Positions 45,835-55,804 of a DNA stretch of 64,000 nt are shown here, piece by piece. The notes under the pieces were generated by a model that worked only from the letters and a program-made list of their open reading frames with translations, did not search any database and had not been told where the DNA came from. Every line of letters starts with the position of its first letter. Within the stretch, counting starts at the first letter, position 1. The stretch is from the NCBI GenBank assembly GCA_039961775.1, contig JABRVZ010000003.1, positions 83,272 to 147,271 of the forward strand, given 5' to 3'. This DNA comes from Chloroflexota bacterium (GTDB lineage Bacteria; Chloroflexota; Anaerolineae; Anaerolineales; Villigracilaceae). A program made the translations under genes and the position numbers.

Positions 45835-47770
45835 TTTGGCTTCCCATCGTGTCCGCATGGAGTTGTACCAGCACTTCGGAGCCGCCCAGGGCGCGGCTGA
45901 GTTCTTCCACGGCGGTGCGCAGGATGGCGTCAATCTGGGTGGTGGCGGTGATTCTGCTGGAGATGTCGGTGGTGATGCGTTCGAGTTCTGCGCGCCGCTG
46001 GGTGGTTTTGAGCAGCAGCGAAGTTTCGAGCGCCAGTGACAGGCGTTCTGCCACGGCTTCGGCAATGTCCACTTCGTCTTCATCCCATTCGTGTTCGCCG
46101 CGGGTGTGGATGTCGAGCACGCCGATTACCTCGCCGCGCAGGCGAATGGGAACGGCAAGCGTGGCGTTTACGCCGCTTTCCGCCACTGTCTGTTTTTCGG
46201 TCAGCGCTTTGCGGTTATGAGCGTTCATCCACGGACGGGAGAGAGGCGCAACTTCATCGCCGGATGCCTTGAAGCCGATTCTTGCGCTGTCGGCTTGCAG
46301 AATGCGCCAGGCGTCCTGCAGGTAGGCGACGGATGTTCTTTGGGCTTTTTCCAGCAGTTCCTGCATGGATTCGAAGGAGCGGGCATTTTGAATTGCCACG
46401 GCAATCTGGTCGGCAAGGGTGGTCAGCACGCGGACGTCTTCCTGCTGGAAGGCGTTGGGCTGGGTGCTTTGTACATCCAGGACGCCGATGGTTTGTCTGC
46501 CGATGATGAGAGGCAGGGCAATTTCGGAGCGAGTTTCGGGGAGGTCGGGATTGTCGAAGTACACGGCATCCGCTCCCACGTCCAGGGCGATGCGGGGAGC
46601 GCCGAGGGCTGAGACGTAGCCAACGATGCCGGTCTGCCCGACCTTGAGCTTGTGTCCGCGCGCGAGCATTCTCTGTCCGCCGGGGCTGTTGGCGGCGCGC
46701 AGGACGGCGTACTCGTTGTTTTCGTCCAGGAGGAAGATGCCCACATGGTAGTATCCCATCCGCTCGCTGATGGCGGTTGTGATGCGCGGAAGCAGGCTTG
46801 GCAGGCTTTCAAGGGAGGTTGCGGCTTTGACGATTTCTGAAATGATTTCGAGCTGACCAGCGCGTTTTTCGAGCGTTTCAACGGTCTGTTGAATTTCTTC
46901 GTTTTGTACGTTCAGGCTGGCGGCTTGACGCCGAAGTTGCTCCTCGTCTGCCTGCTGAACGGCGAGCAGGTCGTTGAAACTTTCGATGACCTGGTTGAGT
47001 TCACGGATGCCGGTGTGCAGTTCCAGCCGTTTGCCTGCTTCCCGAACGCTGGAGGTGGCTTTCGCCAATTCCAACACGGGATTGGCAATTCGTGTGCCTG
47101 CCAGCCAGCCCAGCGCCGCGGCGCCTGCGGCGGACGCCAGGAACAAAAGCACAAAGGTGCGGAAAAACTCCTGTTGTTGCGCCAGGATGTCCTGTGCCAG
47201 AATATCCACGCCGACGATGCCTTCCAATTGCCCGTCGGAGCGGTAGAACGGAGCATAGGCGGTCAGGTAGGTGCCGAATTCATCGGTGTAGAACTCGGTT
47301 TCGACTGCCGGGGCGCGCAAGGTATCGAAGTTTTCAAGCAGGAACCCGCTTGGGCTTTCATAAACCGAGCCAATTTCAACCGGCTGGTACTCTTCGGGCG
47401 GTGCGCCGGGTTCGTGACCGGCGTCCAGGACGAAGTAGATTTCACCCGCTGTATTTTTGCGCATGGTGTACACGTACAGGATTTCCGGGTCGGTGGCGGC
47501 AATGGCGAAGCCTTTGGCTTGCAGTTCCCGGTAGGCGTCGGTGTCCATGTCGGCAGGGGTTTGCAGTTGCGCATGGAGGTCGCCGTTGATTTGCAGGGCG
47601 GCGTTCGCGGCAATGGCTGTCAGTTTGTGCTGCTTTTCGCGGAGCAGGTTATTGCGCGCTTGCGAGTAGGAAAGCGAAATTGTCAGCGCACTGATGAGCA
47701 CACCGGCAATGGCAAAACCAATGGCAAGACGGAAGCGCAGGCTGGTCAGCCGTTCCATTAAGGCTTTCAT
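45827..47770 (-). CDS. TM-single Cache-like-TM-HAMP-GAF receptor with split-GAF tail
   Basis: YVYTMRK..YFVLD...YTDEFGTYLTAYAP...GVD sensor, conserved GAF and tail. ATGA overlap. Confidence 0.85.
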   Translation of the reverse strand: MKALMERLTSLRFRLAIGFAIAGVLISALTISLSYSQARNNLLREKQHKLTAIAANAALQINGDLHAQLQTPADMDTDAYRELQAKGFAIAATDPEILYVYTMRKNTAGEIYFVLDAGHEPGAPPEEYQPVEIGSVYESPSGFLLENFDTLRAPAVETEFYTDEFGTYLTAYAPFYRSDGQLEGIVGVDILAQDILAQQQEFFRTFVLLFLASAAGAAALGWLAGTRIANPVLELAKATSSVREAGKRLELHTGIRELNQVIESFNDLLAVQQADEEQLRRQAASLNVQNEEIQQTVETLEKRAGQLEIISEIVKAATSLESLPSLLPRITTAISERMGYYHVGIFLLDENNEYAVLRAANSPGGQRMLARGHKLKVGQTGIVGYVSALGAPRIALDVGADAVYFDNPDLPETRSEIALPLIIGRQTIGVLDVQSTQPNAFQQEDVRVLTTLADQIAVAIQNARSFESMQELLEKAQRTSVAYLQDAWRILQADSARIGFKASGDEVAPLSRPWMNAHNRKALTEKQTVAESGVNATLAVPIRLRGEVIGVLDIHTRGEHEWDEDEVDIAEAVAERLSLALETSLLLKTTQRRAELERITTDISSRITATTQIDAILRTAVEELSRALGGSEVLVQLHADTMGSQND

Positions 47771-50700
47771 CCTGCCCTCCTTTCCAGCGCTTCGCTTTGC
47801 AGCTGCACGATGACTTCCGTTTCGGGCAGGGCGCGTTTTAATTCGAGCGCCGCCGCTTTCAACAGTTCCTCCATGTCGCTTTGGGCGCTGATTTTGGCGG
47901 AAATTTCTCCGATGGTGTGCTCCTTGGCGGCGCGTTTCTGGCTTTCGGCAAGCAGACGGGCGTTTTCCATGGCAATGGCGGCGCGTTCGAGGATGGCGTT
48001 GACGATGTCCAGTTCGTCCTGGTCCCATTGACGATTGCCCGGCGCGCGCACATCCACCGAACCGATGACCTCTCCGCGCAATTTGATGGGCATGGACAAC
48101 ACTGCGCCTCCCATCCCCGCCTTGAGTTGTTTCGCCGACTGAAGGATTTCCTGCGCCTCCTTGCTGTTTCGCGCATAGAGCAGGGACGCCTTTGCGCCCG
48201 TATGGCGCACGCCAAGCAATTTCTCTCGTTTGGTGAACTGGCTCCAACCGCTGCGCACGAACTGCCTCGAAAGCGACTGCGATTCTGCCAGCGCCTGTCG
48301 GGTTTCCTCGTTTTGTCTCGCGTTTTGGATGGCGATGCTCACCTGGTCGGCGAGGATGGTGAGGATGGCGATGTCTTCGTCGCCGAAGGCGTTCGGCTGG
48401 GTGCTTTGTACGTCGAGCACACCGATGATCATTTCACCCGCCCGCAGGGGCAGGGCAATTTCGGAGCGGGTTTCGGGGAGGTCGGGGTTGTTGAAGAAAA
48501 CGGCATCCGCCCCCGTGTCCAGAGCGATGCGGGGTTTGCCGGTGCCGGCGGCATAGCCGACCAATCCCTTTGCTCCGACTTTCAGCCTGTGTCCGCGGGC
48601 GAGCATGCGCTGTCCGCCGGGGCTATTGGCGGCGCTCAGCACGGCATATTCTCCGTTGCTGTCGAGCAGGAAGATGCCCACGTGGTAGAAGCCAAACTCG
48701 CGGCTGATTGCAACCGTGATTTGTTTGAGCAGACTCTCGAGCTCGAGGTTGGAACTGATGGTGCGGGCGATGTGCGCGATGGATTGGAACTGCCGGGCGC
48801 GCCGCTCGATGTTGGCGTTGGCTTCGAGCAATTGGGCGGTGCGTTCCTCGACGCTTCTTTCCAGACCTTCGAGCGTGCCGCGCAGACGGGCAGTCATGGC
48901 GTTGAATGCCTGCGCCAGTGTGCCGACTTCGTCTTGCGTGCGGATATCCGCTTGTGCGGCCAGGTTGCCCTCCAGAATTTGGTTGGCGGTTTGGGTGAGA
49001 CTCAAGATGGGCGCGGCAAGCAGTTGACCCAGTCCCAGGCTGACCGCCAACGCTCCTGCCAGCAGGATGATGAGAATGACGACGGCGCTGCGCACGGTGC
49101 CCTGTACCTGGGCGGCGATTTCGTTGCGTGTGGCGGCTACCGGTTGTGTCAATTCATCCACAGGCACGATCAACCCAAGGCTGAAACTGCGGTTTGCCAG
49201 CGGAGCGTAGGCAACAAAGTATTTCACGCCATTGGCGCTGGTGGTGATGAGTCCACTCGCGCCGGCAGTTATCCTGAGGGTAATCTGCCGTAACTCAAAA
49301 GGCAGGTTGCCATCGAAGATGGTTTGCTTGGGCTCTTCATTCATTCCCAACACTTCGGGCTGCAAGCCCAGCAGTTCGTATCCCTGCGGCGGCATGGCAA
49401 TGATGTGACCGTCGCTATCCACCAGGAAGGCGTAGCCGCTGGTCCCCACTTTGATTGCGCCGATTTGTTCGGCAATCTTTGCCAGCTGAAAATCTGCCGT
49501 CATCACGCCGATGAACTCATCTTTGAAATACACCGGTGTGGAGACGGAAACCACCAGCCCTCTGCCGGCCGGGTCCTGGCGGGGGAAGGACCAGCGTGCG
49601 CTTCGATCTCTGTTGAAGAGCGGGGTTGCCACACGGAAGGGCGGCTGTGCCGTGCCGTCATAGTTATGCGGCAGGCTTTCGCCCAGTCGAATGTTGGGGT
49701 AGTGAGTGATAATTCCGCGTTTGTCGGTGAAATAGAGCGCTGTAATTTGCGGGTTGTTTTCCAGCACGAACGGCGCAGAAAAATCCAGATATGCCGTCAC
49801 GTTCAATTCACGGATGACATCCTCTGTCAATTCCACGGTCGAGGGGACAAATACGCTGCTGGGCGAGTAGCGGCTGTTGAAGTATTGTCCGTCGCTGTAG
49901 CGGGTGAGCCGCACGGCGGCATCCCAATAGAACCCATTCCCAAGGGTGTTCTTCTGTTCCTGAAGCAGTTCCAACTGGTGGGCAACACCTTCCACCTGGG
50001 CAACCGCTGTATTGAAGGCGCTGTCTGCCCGGCCGGCTTCGTTGGTGATGGTATTGATGAGTTGTTCTTCCGCCAACTGGTTGGCGAGCCGCTCGATGCT
50101 AACCGAAAAGGTGTTGACAAGCCCGGCGGCGCGATTCAGCGCAAAGATCGAAAGCGCCAGCAGCGAAAGGAAACCAGTGGTAAGAATTCCCGCCACGATT
50201 TTCGTGCGGATATTGCCGCTTAACGCCCGCCGCGCAAAATAGGCGGCAGACCCGGCTGCTGCCAGCATCATGATGACTGCGCCAACAATTGGCGCAAAGA
50301 ACTGCGATTGGATACGAAATGCCGGGTCCCAGATTTCGATGGCGGTTGCAAGCAAAAGAGTGGCGGCTGCCAGAAGGATGACGCGGCTCCGCGAACCCGC
50401 CGGGAAAACCCGCCACACGAATAACGCCGTGAAAACCACCACGCTCGCGCCGGCGACCAGGATGGCTCCCCGAATAACCAGCGTCGCCGCCAGCGGGAAG
50501 GCGACCATGCTGAGCGCGTACGTCAACCATGCGCCCGCCAGGTGACGTCCCCGACGCATCAGCGCCAACGCCAGCAGGTTGCCGAGCACCATCAGGCTCA
50601 AAAACGGAATCATGACGCGGTCTGAAAGGTCCAGCGTTCCGCTTTGCAGACGCACAGTAATGAGATCGAACACCAAAAACGCCGCGCCTGCCAGCGCCAG

Positions 50701-50775
50701 CATGCCCGCCAGCAGTGTGCCGACCTGTTTTTGTTTTTCACTCAACATGCTGTCCGTGTCTCGCATTCCGCTCAT
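47767..50775 (-). CDS. Multi-TM + dCache + HAMP + GAF receptor with split-GAF tail
   Basis: N-terminal helices, dCache (VSVSTPVY..GVMTADF; GYAFLVD..G), HAMP DEVGTLA, conserved GAF and tail. Confidence 0.85.
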   Translation of the reverse strand: MSGMRDTDSMLSEKQKQVGTLLAGMLALAGAAFLVFDLITVRLQSGTLDLSDRVMIPFLSLMVLGNLLALALMRRGRHLAGAWLTYALSMVAFPLAATLVIRGAILVAGASVVVFTALFVWRVFPAGSRSRVILLAAATLLLATAIEIWDPAFRIQSQFFAPIVGAVIMMLAAAGSAAYFARRALSGNIRTKIVAGILTTGFLSLLALSIFALNRAAGLVNTFSVSIERLANQLAEEQLINTITNEAGRADSAFNTAVAQVEGVAHQLELLQEQKNTLGNGFYWDAAVRLTRYSDGQYFNSRYSPSSVFVPSTVELTEDVIRELNVTAYLDFSAPFVLENNPQITALYFTDKRGIITHYPNIRLGESLPHNYDGTAQPPFRVATPLFNRDRSARWSFPRQDPAGRGLVVSVSTPVYFKDEFIGVMTADFQLAKIAEQIGAIKVGTSGYAFLVDSDGHIIAMPPQGYELLGLQPEVLGMNEEPKQTIFDGNLPFELRQITLRITAGASGLITTSANGVKYFVAYAPLANRSFSLGLIVPVDELTQPVAATRNEIAAQVQGTVRSAVVILIILLAGALAVSLGLGQLLAAPILSLTQTANQILEGNLAAQADIRTQDEVGTLAQAFNAMTARLRGTLEGLERSVEERTAQLLEANANIERRARQFQSIAHIARTISSNLELESLLKQITVAISREFGFYHVGIFLLDSNGEYAVLSAANSPGGQRMLARGHRLKVGAKGLVGYAAGTGKPRIALDTGADAVFFNNPDLPETRSEIALPLRAGEMIIGVLDVQSTQPNAFGDEDIAILTILADQVSIAIQNARQNEETRQALAESQSLSRQFVRSGWSQFTKREKLLGVRHTGAKASLLYARNSKEAQEILQSAKQLKAGMGGAVLSMPIKLRGEVIGSVDVRAPGNRQWDQDELDIVNAILERAAIAMENARLLAESQKRAAKEHTIGEISAKISAQSDMEELLKAAALELKRALPETEVIVQLQSEALERRAG

Positions 50776-52517
50776 TGATCAACCTCTTTGTTCTGAAACT
50801 GGATCAGCACCTCTGCGCCGCCCAGCACGCGTCCCAATTCCGCGGCGGTGGTTTGCAGGATGTTTTCCAAATTGAGCGCGCTGCCAATCTTTGCAGACGC
50901 TTCGGAGATGGCTTGTTCCTTGGCGGCGCGGCGGCGGGCATCCTGAAACAGACGCGCGTTTTCCATGGCAAGCGCGGCGCGTTCCGCAACCGCCTCCAGC
51001 AGGCTGATTTCATCCTCCTGCCACGTTTTGGAGGGATCGTTCGCCTCGACGTGCAATACGCCGATGACTTCTCCGCGTAATTTGACCGGTACCGCCACCG
51101 CCGGACGCTTCCCGCCGGGCCCTTCAGCCTGTCTCAACGCCGCCCGGCCTTTTGCCGCCGCCGACGCCACCTCCGGCGCGCGCAATTCCGTCTCCAGGAT
51201 TTCGATGCGCCCGGCGTTGTAACGGAAGCCGGCTTGTTCCGCCAGCGCAATGGTGCGATGCCATTCCGTGCGCGTGAACTCGTTGTACACCTCCTCCATT
51301 TGGGAGAGGGCGGCGCGGGTTTCTGCCAGCAGACGGGTATTTTCGAAGGCAATCGAGACTTGATTGGCGAGGGTGAGCAGTACCTGCAAGTCTTCCTCGC
51401 TGAAAGCGCCCGCCTCAGTGGATTGCACGTCCAGCACGCCGATGACCTCATCGCGCGATTTGAGCGGAAGGGCAGCTTCGGAGCGGGTGTTGGGGAGGTC
51501 GGGGTTGTTGAAGAAAACGGCATCCGCTCCCACGTCCAGGGCGATGCGGGGTTGTCCTGTTTGAGCGGCGTAGCCGACAACGCCGGTTCCCAGTTCCAGC
51601 GCGTGGCCGCGGGCGAGCATGCGCTGTCCGCCTTCGCTGTTTGCGGCTTGCAGTACGGCAAATCTTTTTTCGCTGTCGAGCAGAAAGATGCCGACATGAT
51701 AGAAACCGAACTGTTCGCTGATGAGTCGGGTGACGGCGGGGAAGAGGTCGGTCAGGTCTCGAAATTGAGCGATGGCTTCCGAGAGTTGAGTGATGGTGTG
51801 TAGTTGGGCGGCGCGGCGCTGGGCTTGGCGGTTGGCTTCGGCGAGTTCCGCCGTGCGTTCTGCCACGCGTTGTTCGAGGTTGCCGGTCAGGTCTTCCAGC
51901 TGGCGGTTGATTGTGCGGATTTCTTCGAGCCTGACGGCTTCGGAGCGGTTTCTGAAGTTGTCGAGGAACATCAGTGCGACGCCCAGGGTGGTGAGAATGC
52001 CGGCAATCCCTCCGGCGTTTTCGGGCAGAGGGATGCCGAAAAGCGGAAGCGAAACGAAGGCGCCGATGTTCAGCCCTACCAACAGGAACACCGCCCAGGG
52101 GGAGAGGAAGTTGCTCGCCATGACCAGGCTGAGCGGCACAAAGATGAAAATGTTTGCGGCCACATCAACAGCAGGACCTTGCCGGATGACGTTGATGTAA
52201 CCGCCTGCGGCAAATATCACCGCAAAGAAGAACACGCCCCCCCGGTAGTATTTGGTTTTTGCCAGCAGGTATGCGATTCCCAGCCCAATCAAGGGGGCGC
52301 CAAAGCCGCCGATGCCCTCCGCAAGCCCGTTAGAAAGGCTGCTGGCAATAAAGCCGGTGAAATTCAGGATTTCGATGACCAGAATCAGGGTGATGGCGAG
52401 GCGGGCGTATTGCTGCTCCCGGCTGTCTTGCAGGGAGGGGTGAGGCATGGTGAGCGCCTGCCAAAGGCGACTTAGCCGATTTCCGGTCTGGGGGGCGGGG
52501 TTCAAGGGTTCGTTCAT
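50772..52517 (-). CDS. About 5-TM intramembrane sensor + GAF receptor with split-GAF tail
   Basis: Hydrophobic N-terminal block, LEQRVAERT coiled coil, conserved GAF and tail. Confidence 0.85.
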   Translation of the reverse strand: MNEPLNPAPQTGNRLSRLWQALTMPHPSLQDSREQQYARLAITLILVIEILNFTGFIASSLSNGLAEGIGGFGAPLIGLGIAYLLAKTKYYRGGVFFFAVIFAAGGYINVIRQGPAVDVAANIFIFVPLSLVMASNFLSPWAVFLLVGLNIGAFVSLPLFGIPLPENAGGIAGILTTLGVALMFLDNFRNRSEAVRLEEIRTINRQLEDLTGNLEQRVAERTAELAEANRQAQRRAAQLHTITQLSEAIAQFRDLTDLFPAVTRLISEQFGFYHVGIFLLDSEKRFAVLQAANSEGGQRMLARGHALELGTGVVGYAAQTGQPRIALDVGADAVFFNNPDLPNTRSEAALPLKSRDEVIGVLDVQSTEAGAFSEEDLQVLLTLANQVSIAFENTRLLAETRAALSQMEEVYNEFTRTEWHRTIALAEQAGFRYNAGRIEILETELRAPEVASAAAKGRAALRQAEGPGGKRPAVAVPVKLRGEVIGVLHVEANDPSKTWQEDEISLLEAVAERAALAMENARLFQDARRRAAKEQAISEASAKIGSALNLENILQTTAAELGRVLGGAEVLIQFQNKEVDQ

Positions 52518-52520
52518 GGA

Positions 52521-53906
52521 CTAGGCTTTGCTTTGATCTTCTGGTGCGGTTTGGGCGGCGGAACGCCGGGGGGCGGTGAGTTGGAATGTAATGGTGGTGT
52601 CTTTCAGAAATTGTCCGAGTTCTTCCACCGTATCCCGCAGGATGGAATCCAGTTTGAAGGATGTGCCCAGTTTTGCCGCCAGTTCCGAAAGGAATTTTTC
52701 ACGGGCGGCGCGTCTTTGGGCTTCGTTGAGGAGACGGGCGCCATCCAGCGCCAGGGCAACACGTTCGGCAGTGGATTCGATAATGGCGAGTTCATCTTCG
52801 TTCCAACTTTGAGCTTCGCTCGACGGTTTTATTTTCAGTCGCCCGATGGTCTGTCCGCGTAATTGCACAGGCACAGTGAGCGCATTGTCTTCCATCGTTG
52901 GAGGGGTCGCTTTTTTCAGCGGTTCGGGTTTGATTCCGTCGTAACGGTAGCCTTTTGTGCGGATGGCGTCGGCTACATTTTGCCAAGCCTGGCTGGTGAG
53001 GCGGCTGGAGGCAATTGCTGCTTCGCGCAAGGCACGCTGTGCCTGCTCGAAGGAGCGCGCATTTTGAATGGCGACCGAGATCTGGTTGGCGAGGATGGTG
53101 AAGACTTCGATATCTTCCTGCGAGAAGGCATTGGCTTCAGTGGATTGAATATCCAGAACGCCGATGGTTTCGGGACCGAATTTGAGGGGCAGGGCAACCT
53201 CGGAGTGCGTATCTGGCAGGTCGGGGTTGTTGAAGAAAACGGCGTCTGCTCCCACGTCCAAAGCGATGCGGGCTGTTCCGCGCGCGGCAACGTAGCCTAC
53301 AATGCCCTGTTGACCGACGCGCAGGCGATGACCACGAGCGAGCATACGCTGTCCGCCCTCGCTGTTGGCAGAACGCAGGATGGCGTATTCGCGGTTATCG
53401 TCGAGCAAAAAGATGCCGGTGTGATAAAAACCAAGCGATTGACTGATGAGGCGGGGGAGTTGCGCCAGGAGTTCATCCAGACTGCGAACGTTGATGATGG
53501 TGCGGGTGATTTCGGCGATGGCTTTCAGTTGTTCGGTGCGTTTTTCGGCTTTTTGGTTTGCCGCTGTGAGGTCTCTGGTTTTTTCTTCGACAAGTTCCTG
53601 CAGAGTTTTCTGCATGGCTTTTAGTTCTTTTTCTGTGTGGACCAGCGCATCGTTTGTTTTTTGCAATTTTTCCTGGCGGCGCCCTGCCAGCGCGGCGAAG
53701 AAGCCCAGGAAGAATGGCGCGGTGTCAATCACCCAGAGCAAGGGGTCGGCGGTTTGAATCGAGGCGATGTTCGAGAAGGTGAGAGGAAGACCGGCGTCCA
53801 GCACTCTCACGATGGTCGAGCCGATGGGAAACAATAAGCCAAAGAGCGCGCCGAAGAGGGCGTATCTTTGTGTGACGGTAATGGAGAATGAGCCTTGCTG
53901 CTTCAT
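52521..53906 (-). CDS. 2-TM sensor + GAF receptor with split-GAF tail
   Basis: LLWVIDTAPFFLGFFA two-helix head, coiled coil, conserved GAF and tail. Confidence 0.85.
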   Translation of the reverse strand: MKQQGSFSITVTQRYALFGALFGLLFPIGSTIVRVLDAGLPLTFSNIASIQTADPLLWVIDTAPFFLGFFAALAGRRQEKLQKTNDALVHTEKELKAMQKTLQELVEEKTRDLTAANQKAEKRTEQLKAIAEITRTIINVRSLDELLAQLPRLISQSLGFYHTGIFLLDDNREYAILRSANSEGGQRMLARGHRLRVGQQGIVGYVAARGTARIALDVGADAVFFNNPDLPDTHSEVALPLKFGPETIGVLDIQSTEANAFSQEDIEVFTILANQISVAIQNARSFEQAQRALREAAIASSRLTSQAWQNVADAIRTKGYRYDGIKPEPLKKATPPTMEDNALTVPVQLRGQTIGRLKIKPSSEAQSWNEDELAIIESTAERVALALDGARLLNEAQRRAAREKFLSELAAKLGTSFKLDSILRDTVEELGQFLKDTTITFQLTAPRRSAAQTAPEDQSKA

Positions 53907-53920
53907 ATTGTCGTTTGCGC

Positions 53921-55804
53921 CTATTCTCTTTCGAGTTCGAGGGTCACTTCTGCGGCGTTGCCAAGTCTGCGTCCAAGTTCTTCGACTGCCGATTGCATAA
54001 TGGCGTCCATTTCGCTGATGGCGCTCACTTTGGCGGCAATTTCGCCGATGACCCGCTCGCGGGAGGCGCGGCGCTGTGCAGAATCCACGAGGCGGGCGTT
54101 TTCGAGGGCAAGGGCGGCGCGTTCGGCGGCGGCTTCGAGCAGGGCGCGTTCGTCGTCCGTCCACTTGCGAGTCATGCTTTTGGGACGCACTTTGATAATT
54201 CCGATTACCTGTCCTTTGAGCCGTACAGGGACGAGCATTTCACCGCTGTCCTTTTCCATGCTCAGGCGTCCGGTTTGCGGCAGGGCGGAGGCTTGAGCCT
54301 GACCGTCCTTTTCTTCGAAGGGAATGGTGCGTTGCCCGTCAAACAGATAGCCGGCGGTCTTTGCATACTGCCTGAAACTGTTCCATTCCTGTTTGACGTA
54401 CCGCGCGAAGGTTTGTTCGGACTCTTTCAGCGCTTCGCGGGCTTCGCTGAACAGGCGGGCATTTTCGATGGCGATGGCAACCTGGTCGGCGAGGGTGGCA
54501 AGAACAGCGACATCCTCTTCGGTAAAGGCGTTCGCTTGTGTGCTTTGAACGTCGAGCACGCCGATGACGCGTCCGCCCACAATGAGGGGAAGCGCCATTT
54601 CGGAGCGGGTGCTGGGGAGGTCGGGATTGTTGAAGAAAACGGCATCCGCTCCCACGTCCAGGGCGATGCGGGGTTCGCCGCGCAGTGCGGTGTAGCCAAC
54701 GATGCTTTTCATGTCCAGGCGGAGTTTGTGCTGGCGTTTGAGCATTCTTTGTCCGCCTTCGCTGTTGGCGGCGTGGAGAACGGCAAATTCCCGCGCTTCG
54801 TCCAGGAGGAAGATGCCGACGTGGTAAAAGCCGAACCGCTGGCTGATCAGTCGCGTGATTTCGGGGAGCAGCAGGCTGGTTTCCTGAAGTGAGGCAATGG
54901 CGCGGGCGACGGCAGAAACTGCCTGCAGCCGGGCGGCACGCGCTTCGGATTTTTGTGTGCGTTCCGCCACCTGCGCTTCGAGGTTGTTGACCAGCTCTGC
55001 AAGTTTTTGCGCCATGCGGTTGACGCTGTTCGCCAGGAGGGTGGCTTCCCTCGAATTTTGGGCTTCATTGACGCGCTCATTCAGGGCGCCTTCAGCAATT
55101 TTTTGGACGGTGTGGGTCATTTCTGCCAGTGGGGTTGTTAATTGTTTGCCAAGCAGGTAACCCAGCAGGGCAATGACTGGCAGAGACGCGAGAAAAACCG
55201 CCAGGCTTATGTAGAGGAATCTACGTTCCTTTTCCAGCACCCGGTTTGCCGTGATGTCCACACCCAGCACGCCGACTTTTTCGCCGTTGGAAGCGTAGAT
55301 TGGTGCGTATGCCGAGAGGAAGGAGCCAAATTCGTCGGTGTAGAAATCGGGTTCGATGAGGGGTTGATTGATGGTGTCGAAGTTGTCCGCAAGGAGGGGA
55401 CCCGGTTCCTCGTAGGGTTGACCGAAATCGGCAATGCCCTCATCACCCGGCAGGTTGGCGTCCACCACGAAGTAGATGCCTTGTTCGTTTTTGCGCATGG
55501 TGTACACGTACACGAGGTCCGGATCGGAGGCGCGGATTTTGAGGTTTTGCGCGTTGATTTTGTTGTAGTACTCGTCGTTTCGCGCCGCTACTTTGACGAG
55601 GGTGTCGCCGTCCTGTTGGAGGGCGGCAACGGCGGTGATGCTGACAAGGCGGTTACGCAATTCCTGCCGCAGTTCGGTTCTAAAGTTATTGTAGAGAAAC
55701 AGAATGATGGCGGCGGAAATAAGCGCGCCGCTGATCGTAAAACTGACGGTCAGCAGGGTTTGGAGAGATGGCTGGCGGAAGAATGGTCTTCTCATAACGT
55801 TCAC
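53921..55804 (-). CDS. TM-single Cache-like-TM-HAMP-GAF receptor with split-GAF tail
   Basis: Sensor is paralogous to 45827-47770 (YVYTMRK, YTDEFG..SAYAP). GTGA overlap; alternative ATG at 55795. Confidence 0.85.
   Translation of the reverse strand: MNVMRRPFFRQPSLQTLLTVSFTISGALISAAIILFLYNNFRTELRQELRNRLVSITAVAALQQDGDTLVKVAARNDEYYNKINAQNLKIRASDPDLVYVYTMRKNEQGIYFVVDANLPGDEGIADFGQPYEEPGPLLADNFDTINQPLIEPDFYTDEFGSFLSAYAPIYASNGEKVGVLGVDITANRVLEKERRFLYISLAVFLASLPVIALLGYLLGKQLTTPLAEMTHTVQKIAEGALNERVNEAQNSREATLLANSVNRMAQKLAELVNNLEAQVAERTQKSEARAARLQAVSAVARAIASLQETSLLLPEITRLISQRFGFYHVGIFLLDEAREFAVLHAANSEGGQRMLKRQHKLRLDMKSIVGYTALRGEPRIALDVGADAVFFNNPDLPSTRSEMALPLIVGGRVIGVLDVQSTQANAFTEEDVAVLATLADQVAIAIENARLFSEAREALKESEQTFARYVKQEWNSFRQYAKTAGYLFDGQRTIPFEEKDGQAQASALPQTGRLSMEKDSGEMLVPVRLKGQVIGIIKVRPKSMTRKWTDDERALLEAAAERAALALENARLVDSAQRRASRERVIGEIAAKVSAISEMDAIMQSAVEELGRRLGNAAEVTLELERE

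Noticed and set aside
42976-54164. Long N-terminal extensions of ORF-track calls (to 43468, 46083, 48247, 54164) overlapping the previous gene, considered as programmed frameshift fusions
   Set aside because: The extensions are low-complexity Arg/Pro-rich alternative-frame translations. Internal ATGs with ATGA overlaps or SD sites explain the starts, and no slippery site was identified.
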